Shown one piece after another: positions 28,994 through 38,181 of a stretch of 53,756 bases of DNA. Numbering within the stretch: position 1 is the first letter of the stretch; each line of letters starts with the position of its first letter. Origin of the DNA: a plasmid; the sequence record NZ_CP033797.1. One strand, written 5' to 3'. Made by a program: the position numbers and the translations under genes. The notes under the pieces are model-generated. The model made no database searches and was not told the origin of the DNA. It saw only the letters and a program-made list of their open reading frames with translations.

Positions 28994-29366
28994 AACGCCC
29001 CCTGTGTTAACTATCAACACAATAATAGGAATACTTGCTCCTGGTGTCAACGAGCACACCTAACCAGATTTTGCCCCCCTCCCTGCCAGACCAAGTTTTT
29101 AGCTGACTTTTAGCGGAGAGATAGGTAAGGGCGAAAAGTGCCTTTTCGCTGTAGTGCATTCAGTTGACTCCCTGCCTCCGGGCAAAGACCGGAGGTGCTA
29201 CTTAAAGTTTGTAGGGGAGCATAGTGACCGTACCGTACCGTACCGGCGCGGCTGTTAGGCCGCTGCAAGCGGCGGTCATTATTGGTTTATCCCCGTAATC
29301 CACAGAACTTATCCAGCGAATAAATAGATCTTTAATGAAACTAAGTAGGTCGAAGACCTGATTGTT

Positions 29367-29435
29367 TTGCAGATAATTATTGGTTGATTGCAGATAACCC
29401 CATGAACCTGTTTGCAGATAATTGTGTATAAAAGA
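29367..29435. repeat. Three iteron-like repeats TTGCAGATAA(T/C) spaced about 22-25 bp apart
   Basis: ttttgcagataattattgg / gattgcagataaccccatg / gtttgcagataattgtgtat; nearby simple repeats (ACCGT)x3 at 29226 and (GGTGCA)x3 at 29490. Confidence 0.5.
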
Positions 29436-29686
29436 TATGACGTACCTATTATCACGAGTGTTATGGATGAAAGTTGATAGTTTCGGTGCAGGTGCAGGTG
29501 CAGGTTAATTATTCAGCAATACTAACCGACGGACGCGGGGATACCTCCGCAATGAAACGGATTTTAATAAGCAGGTTCTTTAGTGAGGTGGGGCAGTACC
29601 TGGTTGCTGCATGTTTACCAGCTCAAGCTGGTAAAGTTGAGTCCAGACCATTTTTTCGAACTGTTGGGGGGTTAGGTGGTGTATAT

Positions 29687-29942
29687 GGGGTCAGTTTGGA
29701 TATAGAGAATTATTGTACGGTAAGCCTGTTTTTTGAACAGGCTTACCTGTAGCAATAGGGTGTACTCCCGCGCTATACGGCATTTTCAGAGGTTTGACCT
29801 TAATCGGATAACCTAAATGCGATACTGCAAGAGCGACAACTTAAAAGCGATAGCCACTGACGCAAAATCAACCCCTTACGAACCAAGATTGGTTAAATAA
29901 TGCGCTTAACGTACAAAAATTTCCGATCTCCAAACTGACCCC
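29687..29942. mobile_element. Tn3-derived inverted-repeat miniature element (TIME-like), 256 bp, with 38-bp Tn3-family IRs ending in TAAG
   Basis: IRL GGGGTCAGTTTGGATATAGAGAATTATTGTACGGTAAG (29687..29724); IRR reverse complement GGGGTCAGTTTGGAGATCGGAAATTTTTGTACGTTAAG (29905..29942). No coding capacity between them. Confidence 0.7.
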
Positions 29943-30047
29943 AAGTCGCGTAACCAGCCGCCAGTTCCTGAGCCTGAAAAGCGCCTTGCGGCCATTCTGT
30001 GGGTTCCGGTAGCTAATGGCAGTAAGTTCACCAGAGGGAAGAAAAAG

Positions 30048-30290
30048 GTGAAGGAAGAAATAGCATGGTTGGTTGAGGCGGATTTTGAGGGGGAAGACCT
30101 TGATAATAATGAATACCGTCTGTTCCTTACGTATGAAAACGATGAGGATTTAAAAGAACAGATTGATGATTTATTCCGTGAAATCAATATGTTCGCTGAC
30201 ATGAGGAATTGTGTCGTGGATGATATGACGCTGACAAACGAGAAAACAGGCAAGAGCTGGAATGAGTATGACGGCGGATGGTATGTGTAG
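30048..30290 (+). CDS. Small acidic protein, copy 2 (paralogue of 27003..27305); 5' region disrupted by the TIME
   Basis: Frame is open back to the TIME IR. Conserved LWVPVANGSKFTRGKKKV lies upstream of the annotated GTG. Confidence 0.5.
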   Translation: MKEEIAWLVEADFEGEDLDNNEYRLFLTYENDEDLKEQIDDLFREINMFADMRNCVVDDMTLTNEKTGKSWNEYDGGWYV

Positions 30291-30475
30291 TTACAACATT
30301 CAATGTGGTTTTATGAAGCTTCGGTGAGCGCCCCAGCACACTATAGAAATGATGCGAGCTAAAAGGTTAGGTGGGGGGGAGTTTATGTGCATCAGATGAA
30401 TGTTGTAACTAAACGATGTTTTTATTAAAGGCCGGAGGTGGTTAGCCCCCAGCCTTAGTTACGTTTCCGTATTCA

Positions 30476-30571
30476 TCAATCGATGAACTGGCGGATCAGT
30501 TCCAGAATAGCAATCAGCGCGTTTGCCAGCGCCGCTACCGCTCTAAGAACGATGATTAACAGATTAATCAT
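30476..30571 (-). CDS. TisB-like 31-aa hydrophobic mini-protein (candidate type I toxin)
   Basis: ATG with GGAG 8 nt upstream; MINLLIIVLRAVAALANALIAILELIRQFID; not in the ORF track (under 60 aa). Confidence 0.3.
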   Translation of the reverse strand: MINLLIIVLRAVAALANALIAILELIRQFID

Positions 30572-30940
30572 CCGGTTCTCCAGATAAGCTGGAGGAAATC
30601 ACCGTTGCTTACTCATACACTGCCTGTCACAACGGTTCTCTCGCATTGTTAGATGTAGAGTGACTTCCTCCTGCCAGAGCACCAAACACAGCACCACCTG
30701 TTTGTTCAGCCAGGACTTTTGAAACTATTCATACCCGCCGGAACGGGGAAGGGCAGGGAGGCCACTTACAGAGCTAACCCCGCAATTATACCGATCTGCT
30801 GGCGAAACTCATGCTGTAATTCAGTCAGTTGACAACTTGTGTCAACTGCCACTGGACAGCCTGTGTCAAGTGCCATAATATTATGGGTGTTAGATGTAGA
30901 GTGACTTCCCCGGCCAGAGCACCAACTCCGAACCGGAAAA

Positions 30941-30976
30941 CAAAAAAGCCCGATCTCACCAGTCGGGCTTTTTTGC
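30941..30976. terminator. Bidirectional rho-independent terminator
   Basis: aaaaaaGCCCGAtctcaccagTCGGGCtttttt. Confidence 0.6.
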
Positions 30977-31106
30977 GTCTGAAACAGCGTGCGCTACGTG
31001 AAATCTGAGTTCGAGTGAAGGGAGGTAATCCCGATTTTTTAAACTGAAGCGTCGCCATCCCCCGTGAAAGAAAGCCCCCAACTACGCCCTGACAAAACTG
31101 ATGATA

Positions 31107-31367
31107 TTAACTTTTGCCGTTGTCGGCCAGCCCGAACATAGTATTCAGGCTGGAACGGAATTGATTCACCGATGATACTAGCTCCTGACTCCGCGCTTTT
31201 TCTTGCGCTAGTGAGCGCCTGAGCTGCGTTATCTCGTCTCTGTTACGCTGAAGCTCAAGGATGGCCGTCATAAAGGCTTTACTGGCTGACGCCATTCCGG
31301 TAGCCTCCTGCGCCTTTCTGATAACCTGATCTTCATCGTCATTTGTTCTGATGGTGTAATGCCCCAT
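31107..31367 (-). CDS. Hypothetical protein (86 aa)
   Basis: ORF with TTTGCTGGCA motifs in its upstream region. Confidence 0.4.
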   Translation of the reverse strand: MGHYTIRTNDDEDQVIRKAQEATGMASASKAFMTAILELQRNRDEITQLRRSLAQEKARSQELVSSVNQFRSSLNTMFGLADNGKS

Positions 31368-31477
31368 AGAAAACCTCTTTTGCTGTCATTTTTATCACGC
31401 CGGCACGAATCCGGAAGAAAGATTTGCTGGCAAAAAATCGATGGCCAACTGCTGCGGTCGTAGAATTTTGCTGGCAC

Positions 31478-32296
31478 TTAGCTTTCTCTGAAAGCTTGTT
31501 CACAATCTCCGCAATGGATATTCAACCCGGCCTTACCCCACACAGCAGCACCGCACCCCGGACACTGATATTTTGCCTTGTTCCGTTTAGGCTTGTCCTC
31601 AAACGCCGCAACAAAGGACGTATTGCTCCCGGCTATAACTTCTGAATCTGCGTTCCCGTTCTGTGGCGTCACTGACGGTAACAGAGCCATTGACAGCACC
31701 GCTTCAATATCAATGCCGGAGCCTGCATTCTGATGCGCCTGAGCCAGCGTTTCCCGCCATTGTTCGATAACGGCGGTCATGTCTTTCTGTTGTTCAACCT
31801 GAACGGGGAAGCGGTCAAACCAGCTCAACGCAAATTGCCCCTGAAACAGTTCCAGTGTGACAAGCTGGAAGCGACCGCCGGGGATCGGATAGTCGTTAAT
31901 TTTCTGGCCGACTTTCGCGCCACCAGGTCTCCCGGTGGAAGAGGGCATTAGTCCGATGCTTTCCATTTTGGCCGCCCACTGCGCATTGTGGTACGTCTTG
32001 CGGGAAGGGTTACCAAAGTGAAATTGCCACATATGACACTGTTCATGAACCAGAGTCTGCATAACTTCAATAAGCGGATATGCCGGAAAATACTCAGGAT
32101 TCAGGGCAATCTCATCAATCATTTTGCCGCTGCCATCAGCAGCAACAAAACGTCTGAAGCTGAAATAGCCCATCGTGTTTTTACCGCGCTGGAAGGTGAT
32201 CAGGCAGTCGGGAAGTTCGCCGTTAAACAGCCTCTGATTGTAGAAATCAAACGCCTGCTGTAGCTCGTTGTAAGCGCGTTCTGTGGCTCTGGTCAT
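31478..32296 (-). CDS. SprT-like zinc metalloprotease with C-terminal zinc ribbon (ArdC C-domain-like)
   Basis: HEQCHMWQ HExxH motif; C-terminal CPGCG...CGDC. Confidence 0.65.
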   Translation of the reverse strand: MTRATERAYNELQQAFDFYNQRLFNGELPDCLITFQRGKNTMGYFSFRRFVAADGSGKMIDEIALNPEYFPAYPLIEVMQTLVHEQCHMWQFHFGNPSRKTYHNAQWAAKMESIGLMPSSTGRPGGAKVGQKINDYPIPGGRFQLVTLELFQGQFALSWFDRFPVQVEQQKDMTAVIEQWRETLAQAHQNAGSGIDIEAVLSMALLPSVTPQNGNADSEVIAGSNTSFVAAFEDKPKRNKAKYQCPGCGAAVWGKAGLNIHCGDCEQAFRES

Positions 32297-32298
32297 TA

Positions 32299-32532
32299 TC
32301 AGGACTCCTGAAAGACTACCCAGCATTTAGCGCCGTCATAGTCATTCCCGCCCTCGGCAATAAACATATTACCTTCGGCATCGACGGCAATTGCTCCTGG
32401 GCGTTCATGCTGTGGATCGCGGAGAACGTTTTTCCAGCCATACGCCTCGCCATCCCATATAAGCACAACACAGGAATCAGCATGTTCCTGATTCCGCTGA
32501 CGCCATACCTTTGCTATTCCGACATGATCCAT
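32299..32532 (-). CDS. Hypothetical protein (77 aa from MDHVGIAKV)
   Basis: ORF; three TTTGCTGGCA motifs upstream. Confidence 0.35.
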   Translation of the reverse strand: MDHVGIAKVWRQRNQEHADSCVVLIWDGEAYGWKNVLRDPQHERPGAIAVDAEGNMFIAEGGNDYDGAKCWVVFQES

Positions 32533-32742
32533 ATGCTCACCCTTATCTGTATTGTACGATACAGATAAAATATAGTAGCCCGAAACCGAATGCAATCATT
32601 TTTGCTGGCATTTTGGGTCGCCGACTGGCATCGAGAAAGGAATTATGCTGGCATTATTGCGCGGCCGCATCAGCTGCAGAAGGTATCTTTGCTGGCAGGA
32701 TTAAGGAAGCCTCCGGTACAGAGGCTTGAGGGGGGAAACGAC

Positions 32743-33012
32743 TCAACGCTTTTTCGCCCACGTTTTTTCATCATCGGTGAGCTGTTCTTTATGCAAGTAA
32801 TCTCCGGGAACTGGAGGCGGCGTTACCAGCTTAGGATGCCCTGTATCGATATCGCGAACAGTCACCAGTCCGACAATATCCCCATTTTCTTTTAGCGCCC
32901 ATGCAGCAAGCTGGTATACGGTCGATTCGCCATGCTCACCGGGGACATTATCATGCCTGAAATACCAGTCTGTTGCCGGGATGATTTGTTTGTAGGGTGA
33001 TAAGTCACTCAC
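32743..33012 (-). CDS. Hypothetical protein (89 aa)
   Basis: ORF only. Confidence 0.35.
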   Translation of the reverse strand: MSDLSPYKQIIPATDWYFRHDNVPGEHGESTVYQLAAWALKENGDIVGLVTVRDIDTGHPKLVTPPPVPGDYLHKEQLTDDEKTWAKKR

Positions 33013-33060
33013 GTTTTAATCTCCTTAAAACCCTCCGCACAACCTGGAGGGCTTATAAAG

Positions 33061-33516
33061 TTACTGTTTATCGTCAGCAGAACCAGACGGCTCTTTCTTG
33101 ATAAGAAAATCGTCCAGAGAACGGCCAGCCTTTAACGCTTCATCAATCGGTTTTGGCGAACGTCCACGGCCAGACCAGAATTTAACTTCGCCATTTTCTT
33201 CAAACTGATACTTTGGCGGTGCTTTCGGCAATTTACTCTTACGTGCATTTGGCGCATCGTCGGTCAGACCAAGCAACTCTTCAGGAGAAAAACCTTCCCC
33301 AGCGATGAGCTGAAGCAATTCCTGACGTTTTTTCTCACGTTCCTGACGTTCTGCGGCTTCACGTTCAGCATCTTCTCGCCGCTCTTCGATAACAGCGTTC
33401 AACTTTTCCTGCATTTCCAGCAGTTGCTCAAAGCTCGTTTCACGCGCAAAGACACGGACAGAACGAATATTCGTCAGAAGTCTTCGGGCTGCATCAAACG
33501 TTTCATTATCGCTCAT
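33061..33516 (-). CDS. hns: H-NS-family nucleoid protein (plasmid-borne)
   Basis: C-terminal ...YQFEENGEVKFWSGRGRSPKPI DNA-binding motif; coiled-coil N-terminus. Confidence 0.85.
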   Translation of the reverse strand: MSDNETFDAARRLLTNIRSVRVFARETSFEQLLEMQEKLNAVIEERREDAEREAAERQEREKKRQELLQLIAGEGFSPEELLGLTDDAPNARKSKLPKAPPKYQFEENGEVKFWSGRGRSPKPIDEALKAGRSLDDFLIKKEPSGSADDKQ

Positions 33517-33534
33517 AGTTCCTCTCTTTATGGG

Positions 33535-33744
33535 TTATCTGACGTGTTGCCAGACTGATGCGGGGATTTTATCAAACAGTTTATTCATGATTATCTCAGC
33601 CAATCGGTGATCAGCAGCAGAATAAAATGTTACCAGCTCTCCAGCGGTAAGGCTGCGTTCATTTTTTTCTATAACTTTCTCTAAGGTTTCCCGGTGTTGG
33701 CACTTTCTTAACTGGAAAAGCCAGTCTTGTCTGGTTTTCACCAT
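33535..33744 (-). CDS. hha: Hha/YmoA-family modulator
   Basis: ...[17 protein letters not shown]...[28 protein letters not shown] resembles Hha. Confidence 0.85.
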   Translation of the reverse strand: MVKTRQDWLFQLRKCQHRETLEKVIEKNERSLTAGELVTFYSAADHRLAEIIMNKLFDKIPASVWQHVR

Positions 33745-36065
33745 TATTTTTTCCTGAACTCAAAACCAAGTTTGCCTGTAGATTTATCCTGCAAGGTAAC
33801 TACAGCGTCAAATTTTTTCCCGGCTTTGCTGGTAAACCCTTTAATCTCGCTGGTTTTACCTTTTTTTATCACCGTTTCAACCTGATTTTGTGTCAGTTTC
33901 TTGCCGGAAAACTCAGACCAGATTTTAAACTCACACCCCGTACAGAAAAAGCCTTTTGGCCTGATTAAAATCTCTTTGTTACAGGAAGGGCAGGGGACAC
34001 CAAGACGGGCGCTTGCCCCCTCAGAAGCCTGTTTCTCTGTAACAGGTTTTCCATCTTTATCCGGGAATGATGTTTTACACTCAGGATAACATGAGCATCC
34101 CCAGAAAAAGCCATTCTGCCCCTTACGTTTGCGCAGAAAACCTTTGCTACAGACAGGGCAGGGCGTGGCATTAGACGAAATGTTAATCCCGTTTTTATCC
34201 AGATCGTCGATTAAACCGCGAATATAATCGTCGTTGTCTCTGATAAAATCCTCAACGGTCAGTTCGCCGGATTTGATTTGCGCCTGTTTTTCAGCCCATA
34301 TTGCCGATATGTTGGGTTTAATCACTTCAGGCGGAAGAGCAGCGCAGAACTCCTGCCCCTGTTTTGTTGTTTTCCATACCAACTCAGAGTAGCCCTTTTC
34401 TTTCTCTATCGAGATAAGCCCGGTATTGGCAGCCAGTTTTTCAAGGATACCCGCACGGGTAGCTTCTGTGCCGATACTGCCCCGGTCACTGCTCCCCTCG
34501 TCTTTGGCTTCAAGCGCTTTTCTCAGAGCCGGATCATCGATAAATTTTGCCGCACTGGTCATCGCGGCCAGTAACGTTGACTCCGTAAAATAGCGGGCTG
34601 GAGTTGTCTTTTTCTTGTCCACGTCAGCCGACTCACACAGGCCGCTGTCATTAAATTTCAGAGTCGATAAATCAAAACCGCCCGTTCCGGCATCTTCGGC
34701 ATCGTCCTCTTCATCATTGTCTTTACCCAGCGCTTCCCAGCCCTTTTGTATCAGAACGCTTTGTGTGGCCGTGAAGGTATCACCTTTAATATCGAAGTGA
34801 ATTTTTGTTTTGTCACGGATGGCATCCGGGTAAAACAGACCAATGAAATAGACGGCCACCAGGTTATAGACGTTCCGCTCTTTCTCACTGAGCTGAATAC
34901 CGGCTCCGCTTTTCGTCGTCGGAATAATGGCATGGTGTGCCTCGATCTTACTGGCGTTAAAGGCTTTATGCTTTTGTTCCTTCTCCATATCTGCGGTTGC
35001 CGACGCCAGTTCCGGCATTGTGGCCGCGATAGCGACTGCAATATCCCCGGCCTGATAAAAATGCTCATCTGAAAGATAGCGGTTGTCAGAGCGGGGATAG
35101 GTCAGCAGCTTGTGTGTTTCATACAGCCCCTGCATCACATCCAGCGTTTCCTTAGCCGTATAACCGTATCGTTTTGCACAAAGTTGCTGAAGCGTGGACA
35201 AGTTCAAGGGCAGCGGCGGTTTGGTATTTTCCGGTTTAGTTGTCGCGATCGTCACGATAGCGTCCTTACCCGCTACCCGTTCGGCAATATGCGCGGCCTG
35301 TGCTTCTGAAATCAGGCGTTTTTTATCGTCGATCTGATCGCCGTCCGTTGTCTGATATTTCGCCTTAATATGATTCCCGTTCATCTTCAGACTGGCGAAA
35401 ACATCGTAGTAAAAGCTTTCAGTGTGATTCTGGTTTGCCAGCGTGCGCATGTTCACCAGTCCGAGAACCGCACTCTGTACACGACCAACGTTCAGAACAC
35501 CGTCATATCCCTTCTCACGGCCTTTGAGCGTACAGCCTCGCGTCATATTATAACCAAAGTCCTGATCGCACAGAGAACGTGCCAAAGCGCTATCTGTCAT
35601 GCCGCGAAATTTTTCGTTAGGCTGCATGTTTGCCAGCGATTTTTGCACTGGCGCAAGGTTGAGATCGGCAACCAGCAGCCGCTGGACGGGCTTCTTGTTT
35701 CCGGCATAACCTAAAATCTCATCAACCAGTAAACACCCTTCATCGTCGGGGTCGCCAGCATGAACAATGCTATCGGCTTTTTCTATCAGCGACAGAATAA
35801 TGCGGGTCTGTGCTTCAGATTCAGGTTTTAGTTTGTACGTGGGTGGATAAACGGCTTTAATCGGTAAATCGCTGAATCGCCAGTTAGCATATTTTTCGTC
35901 ATAATCCTGCGGGTCATAAAGCTCAAGCATATGACCATAACACCAGGTAACAGCATCAGCGCCGTGTTCAAAATAACCGTTTTTCTTCTCCGTATTAGGG
36001 TTGCCACCTAATCCTTCGAAAATCGCTTTTGCTAATGATGGTTTTTCAGCAATAAAAAGTCTCAT
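33744..36065 (-). CDS. topB: DNA topoisomerase III
   Basis: [15 protein letters not shown]... Toprim; ...[12 protein letters not shown]...; C-terminal zinc ribbons. Confidence 0.9.
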   Translation of the reverse strand: MRLFIAEKPSLAKAIFEGLGGNPNTEKKNGYFEHGADAVTWCYGHMLELYDPQDYDEKYANWRFSDLPIKAVYPPTYKLKPESEAQTRIILSLIEKADSIVHAGDPDDEGCLLVDEILGYAGNKKPVQRLLVADLNLAPVQKSLANMQPNEKFRGMTDSALARSLCDQDFGYNMTRGCTLKGREKGYDGVLNVGRVQSAVLGLVNMRTLANQNHTESFYYDVFASLKMNGNHIKAKYQTTDGDQIDDKKRLISEAQAAHIAERVAGKDAIVTIATTKPENTKPPLPLNLSTLQQLCAKRYGYTAKETLDVMQGLYETHKLLTYPRSDNRYLSDEHFYQAGDIAVAIAATMPELASATADMEKEQKHKAFNASKIEAHHAIIPTTKSGAGIQLSEKERNVYNLVAVYFIGLFYPDAIRDKTKIHFDIKGDTFTATQSVLIQKGWEALGKDNDEEDDAEDAGTGGFDLSTLKFNDSGLCESADVDKKKTTPARYFTESTLLAAMTSAAKFIDDPALRKALEAKDEGSSDRGSIGTEATRAGILEKLAANTGLISIEKEKGYSELVWKTTKQGQEFCAALPPEVIKPNISAIWAEKQAQIKSGELTVEDFIRDNDDYIRGLIDDLDKNGINISSNATPCPVCSKGFLRKRKGQNGFFWGCSCYPECKTSFPDKDGKPVTEKQASEGASARLGVPCPSCNKEILIRPKGFFCTGCEFKIWSEFSGKKLTQNQVETVIKKGKTSEIKGFTSKAGKKFDAVVTLQDKSTGKLGFEFRKK

Positions 36066-36066
36066 A

Positions 36067-36723
36067 TTAATGGCTCCTGTCAATACAATCTTTTTGTACT
36101 AAGGACTGAATTTCGCCCACTGCCGCAACGATAATTTCTTGTGCATTATCTTTGTCAAAGGCGTTAACTATTATTGATAGCTGGTCACTGACATCCCTTG
36201 CTAATGAAAAAGTATCTTCATTGTCATCATCCTCCCAGACATATCGGTTTTTCAATAATGACTCCACGCTGCCTGTTTTACTCGTTGTTGTGCAGGTGAA
36301 AGAACCATCTTCTAATCGCCGGGTTTCTATTTCATACTCAAACACTGGCTTAAAGTTTTCCAGAGTGTTAGAAGTAAATGCAACAGCAATAACTCGCTTC
36401 CCTCTGGCGCTCATGATTTTTAAAAAATCATACAGAAATGAATCATTTATGTTCTGTGAAAATTCTACACTATCGAGAATGACAGTGGATTCCTTCGCAT
36501 CCAGAATATGATCCAAGTAAATATCTTCATTAGTACGGCAAAGGAAATGCAAGTCTGGATAACATGTTGCACCGCACATTTTTGAAAAGTCAAAGTAACG
36601 CGAATCGGGGATAGTTGCTTCTTCGAGTAGTTTACTTTTTCCTGTCCCCGTCCTCCCATGAACCAGAACATGCCCTTGCGATTTTTTCAGGGCGTCTTGT
36701 GCTGTTTTCTTATCATGTTCCAT
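36067..36723 (-). CDS. Small P-loop NTPase (218 aa), uncharacterised; gene C of the 3-gene operon
   Basis: Walker A VHGRTGTGKSKLL; Walker-B-like TVILDSVE; stop 1 nt from the topB start. Confidence 0.6.
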   Translation of the reverse strand: MEHDKKTAQDALKKSQGHVLVHGRTGTGKSKLLEEATIPDSRYFDFSKMCGATCYPDLHFLCRTNEDIYLDHILDAKESTVILDSVEFSQNINDSFLYDFLKIMSARGKRVIAVAFTSNTLENFKPVFEYEIETRRLEDGSFTCTTTSKTGSVESLLKNRYVWEDDDNEDTFSLARDVSDQLSIIVNAFDKDNAQEIIVAAVGEIQSLVQKDCIDRSH

Positions 36724-36725
36724 TT

Positions 36726-37382
36726 TTAATCCTCCAGCTGAAGTGCGCCAGTAGCAAAGGCAGCTTCAACAATTGCGGAAAGTTGATGCGTTGGCATATA
36801 ATCTTTGTAATTAATCCATACTCGTTTAATTTTCCCATCCACTTCTACGGCACGCTGTCTCCTTTCATTACAATCACTATCCAGCCATACACCATTGAAT
36901 AAAGGAGAACTGTTATTCTTAAAATAGACTTTTTTATCTTCATCAGACATGCAGTTGAGCATATGCGCGAGATAACGAGATACAAGCGCGAAACTTCTTA
37001 CCGTATGGTTCTTATCGTCAGGTTCAACGTTTTTATTATCGAACTCTATAATGCCGCCTTTGTGGATTCTGAATTCCCCAAATGTCATAACATGCGCACG
37101 TTCTGGTTTTGTCGGGAATGTCCATGTAGCGTAAAAAGAGTATACCCCGCGCTCTTTTTCTATCCACGCCTCCGCAACGAAGCAAGCTTCGCTACCATCC
37201 AGACAAGCTGAATAGCGCGGAGGTACACAAAACGAATCACTGTCGTGAGAAACAGGCTGCGTGTATTTTCCAAGAATGAAGGTGTCACCGACTTTCATAT
37301 CCCTGATTGAACGCTGAAACCAGAGCGGCATACGGCAGTAACGCATAAAATCATAAACCGTCTTTATTGAACTCACTTTCAT
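36726..37382 (-). CDS. Hypothetical protein (218 aa), gene B
   Basis: ORF 2 nt upstream of gene C; no recognisable domain. Confidence 0.5.
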   Translation of the reverse strand: MKVSSIKTVYDFMRYCRMPLWFQRSIRDMKVGDTFILGKYTQPVSHDSDSFCVPPRYSACLDGSEACFVAEAWIEKERGVYSFYATWTFPTKPERAHVMTFGEFRIHKGGIIEFDNKNVEPDDKNHTVRSFALVSRYLAHMLNCMSDEDKKVYFKNNSSPLFNGVWLDSDCNERRQRAVEVDGKIKRVWINYKDYMPTHQLSAIVEAAFATGALQLED

Positions 37383-37393
37383 TATTGGCTCCT

Positions 37394-38167
37394 TTACCAG
37401 CCATACGGATAAGCAGGAAACGTCAGCCAGCTTTCAAGCAGGTATTCGGTTTCTTTGTTCCAGTAAAAATAAAAACCCCTGGGATTGAAGAAAACGGAAT
37501 AACCGTCAATCTCACCAATTTGTTCTGCTTTATTGAACAAAGGATTGACATAAAAATCATCTTCGAAAGAATCAGTGAGATTAGACGCTACGAAATCCTT
37601 ACGAGATAGTTTTGTTATTTTGTCACGCTCATCATCAAAGTTAATGCGTTCCATTGTATGGGGATTGATGCCAAAACCTACCGTTCCGCCAGTGAATGCT
37701 CTGTGTTCAAAATTACCCCATGTAAGTTCATCTAATGAATCGACATGTTTTTGTGTGATTTCCAGAAAGGATTGTTTAACTGGTTCCTTATCATCATAGT
37801 TAGCTTTCTCCGGGAAACTGATAAGAAACTCAGCCGTTTCACCCTTATCATGATTGAATAAAGGGTTTAACTCCTCCTCATTTTCAAATTCTTTCTTAAA
37901 TGCTTCAATATCACGCACGAAACATGACATATAGTAATATCTGTCTGTCTGGAACAACCCTTGTAAATCTTCACCATGAAGCAAAGCAAACTGGCAAATA
38001 CGATCATACAAATCCATTGCCTTTTGATAATCATCGTTAGGGACGATTAACTTTACCTCAGCCGCGCTTTCTGTCATGCCTGGTGTAACATAAACATCTG
38101 CACTTACAAGCAAGTTACCAACACATAAGCGGTTATTGAAACGTTCTTTATCGGATTCAGTCATCAT
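37394..38167 (-). CDS. Hypothetical acidic protein (257 aa), gene A
   Basis: ORF 14 nt downstream of nuc and 11 nt upstream of gene B; aromatic-rich C-terminus. Confidence 0.5.
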   Translation of the reverse strand: MMTESDKERFNNRLCVGNLLVSADVYVTPGMTESAAEVKLIVPNDDYQKAMDLYDRICQFALLHGEDLQGLFQTDRYYYMSCFVRDIEAFKKEFENEEELNPLFNHDKGETAEFLISFPEKANYDDKEPVKQSFLEITQKHVDSLDELTWGNFEHRAFTGGTVGFGINPHTMERINFDDERDKITKLSRKDFVASNLTDSFEDDFYVNPLFNKAEQIGEIDGYSVFFNPRGFYFYWNKETEYLLESWLTFPAYPYGW

Positions 38168-38181
38168 CGTTTCATTCCTCT

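Noticed and set aside
29474-29752. 92-aa ORF starting in the (GGTGCA)n repeat
   Set aside because: It runs through the TIME inverted repeat and begins in a simple repeat, so it is not credible as a gene.
29682-29947. Target-site duplication flanking the TIME
   Set aside because: The flanks TATAT and AAGTC differ, so insertion by transposition cannot be shown from this sequence alone.
4200-32700. Sigma-54 promoter interpretation of the TTTGCTGGCA(C/T) motif
   Set aside because: The GG-to-GC spacing does not fit the -24/-12 consensus in most copies.
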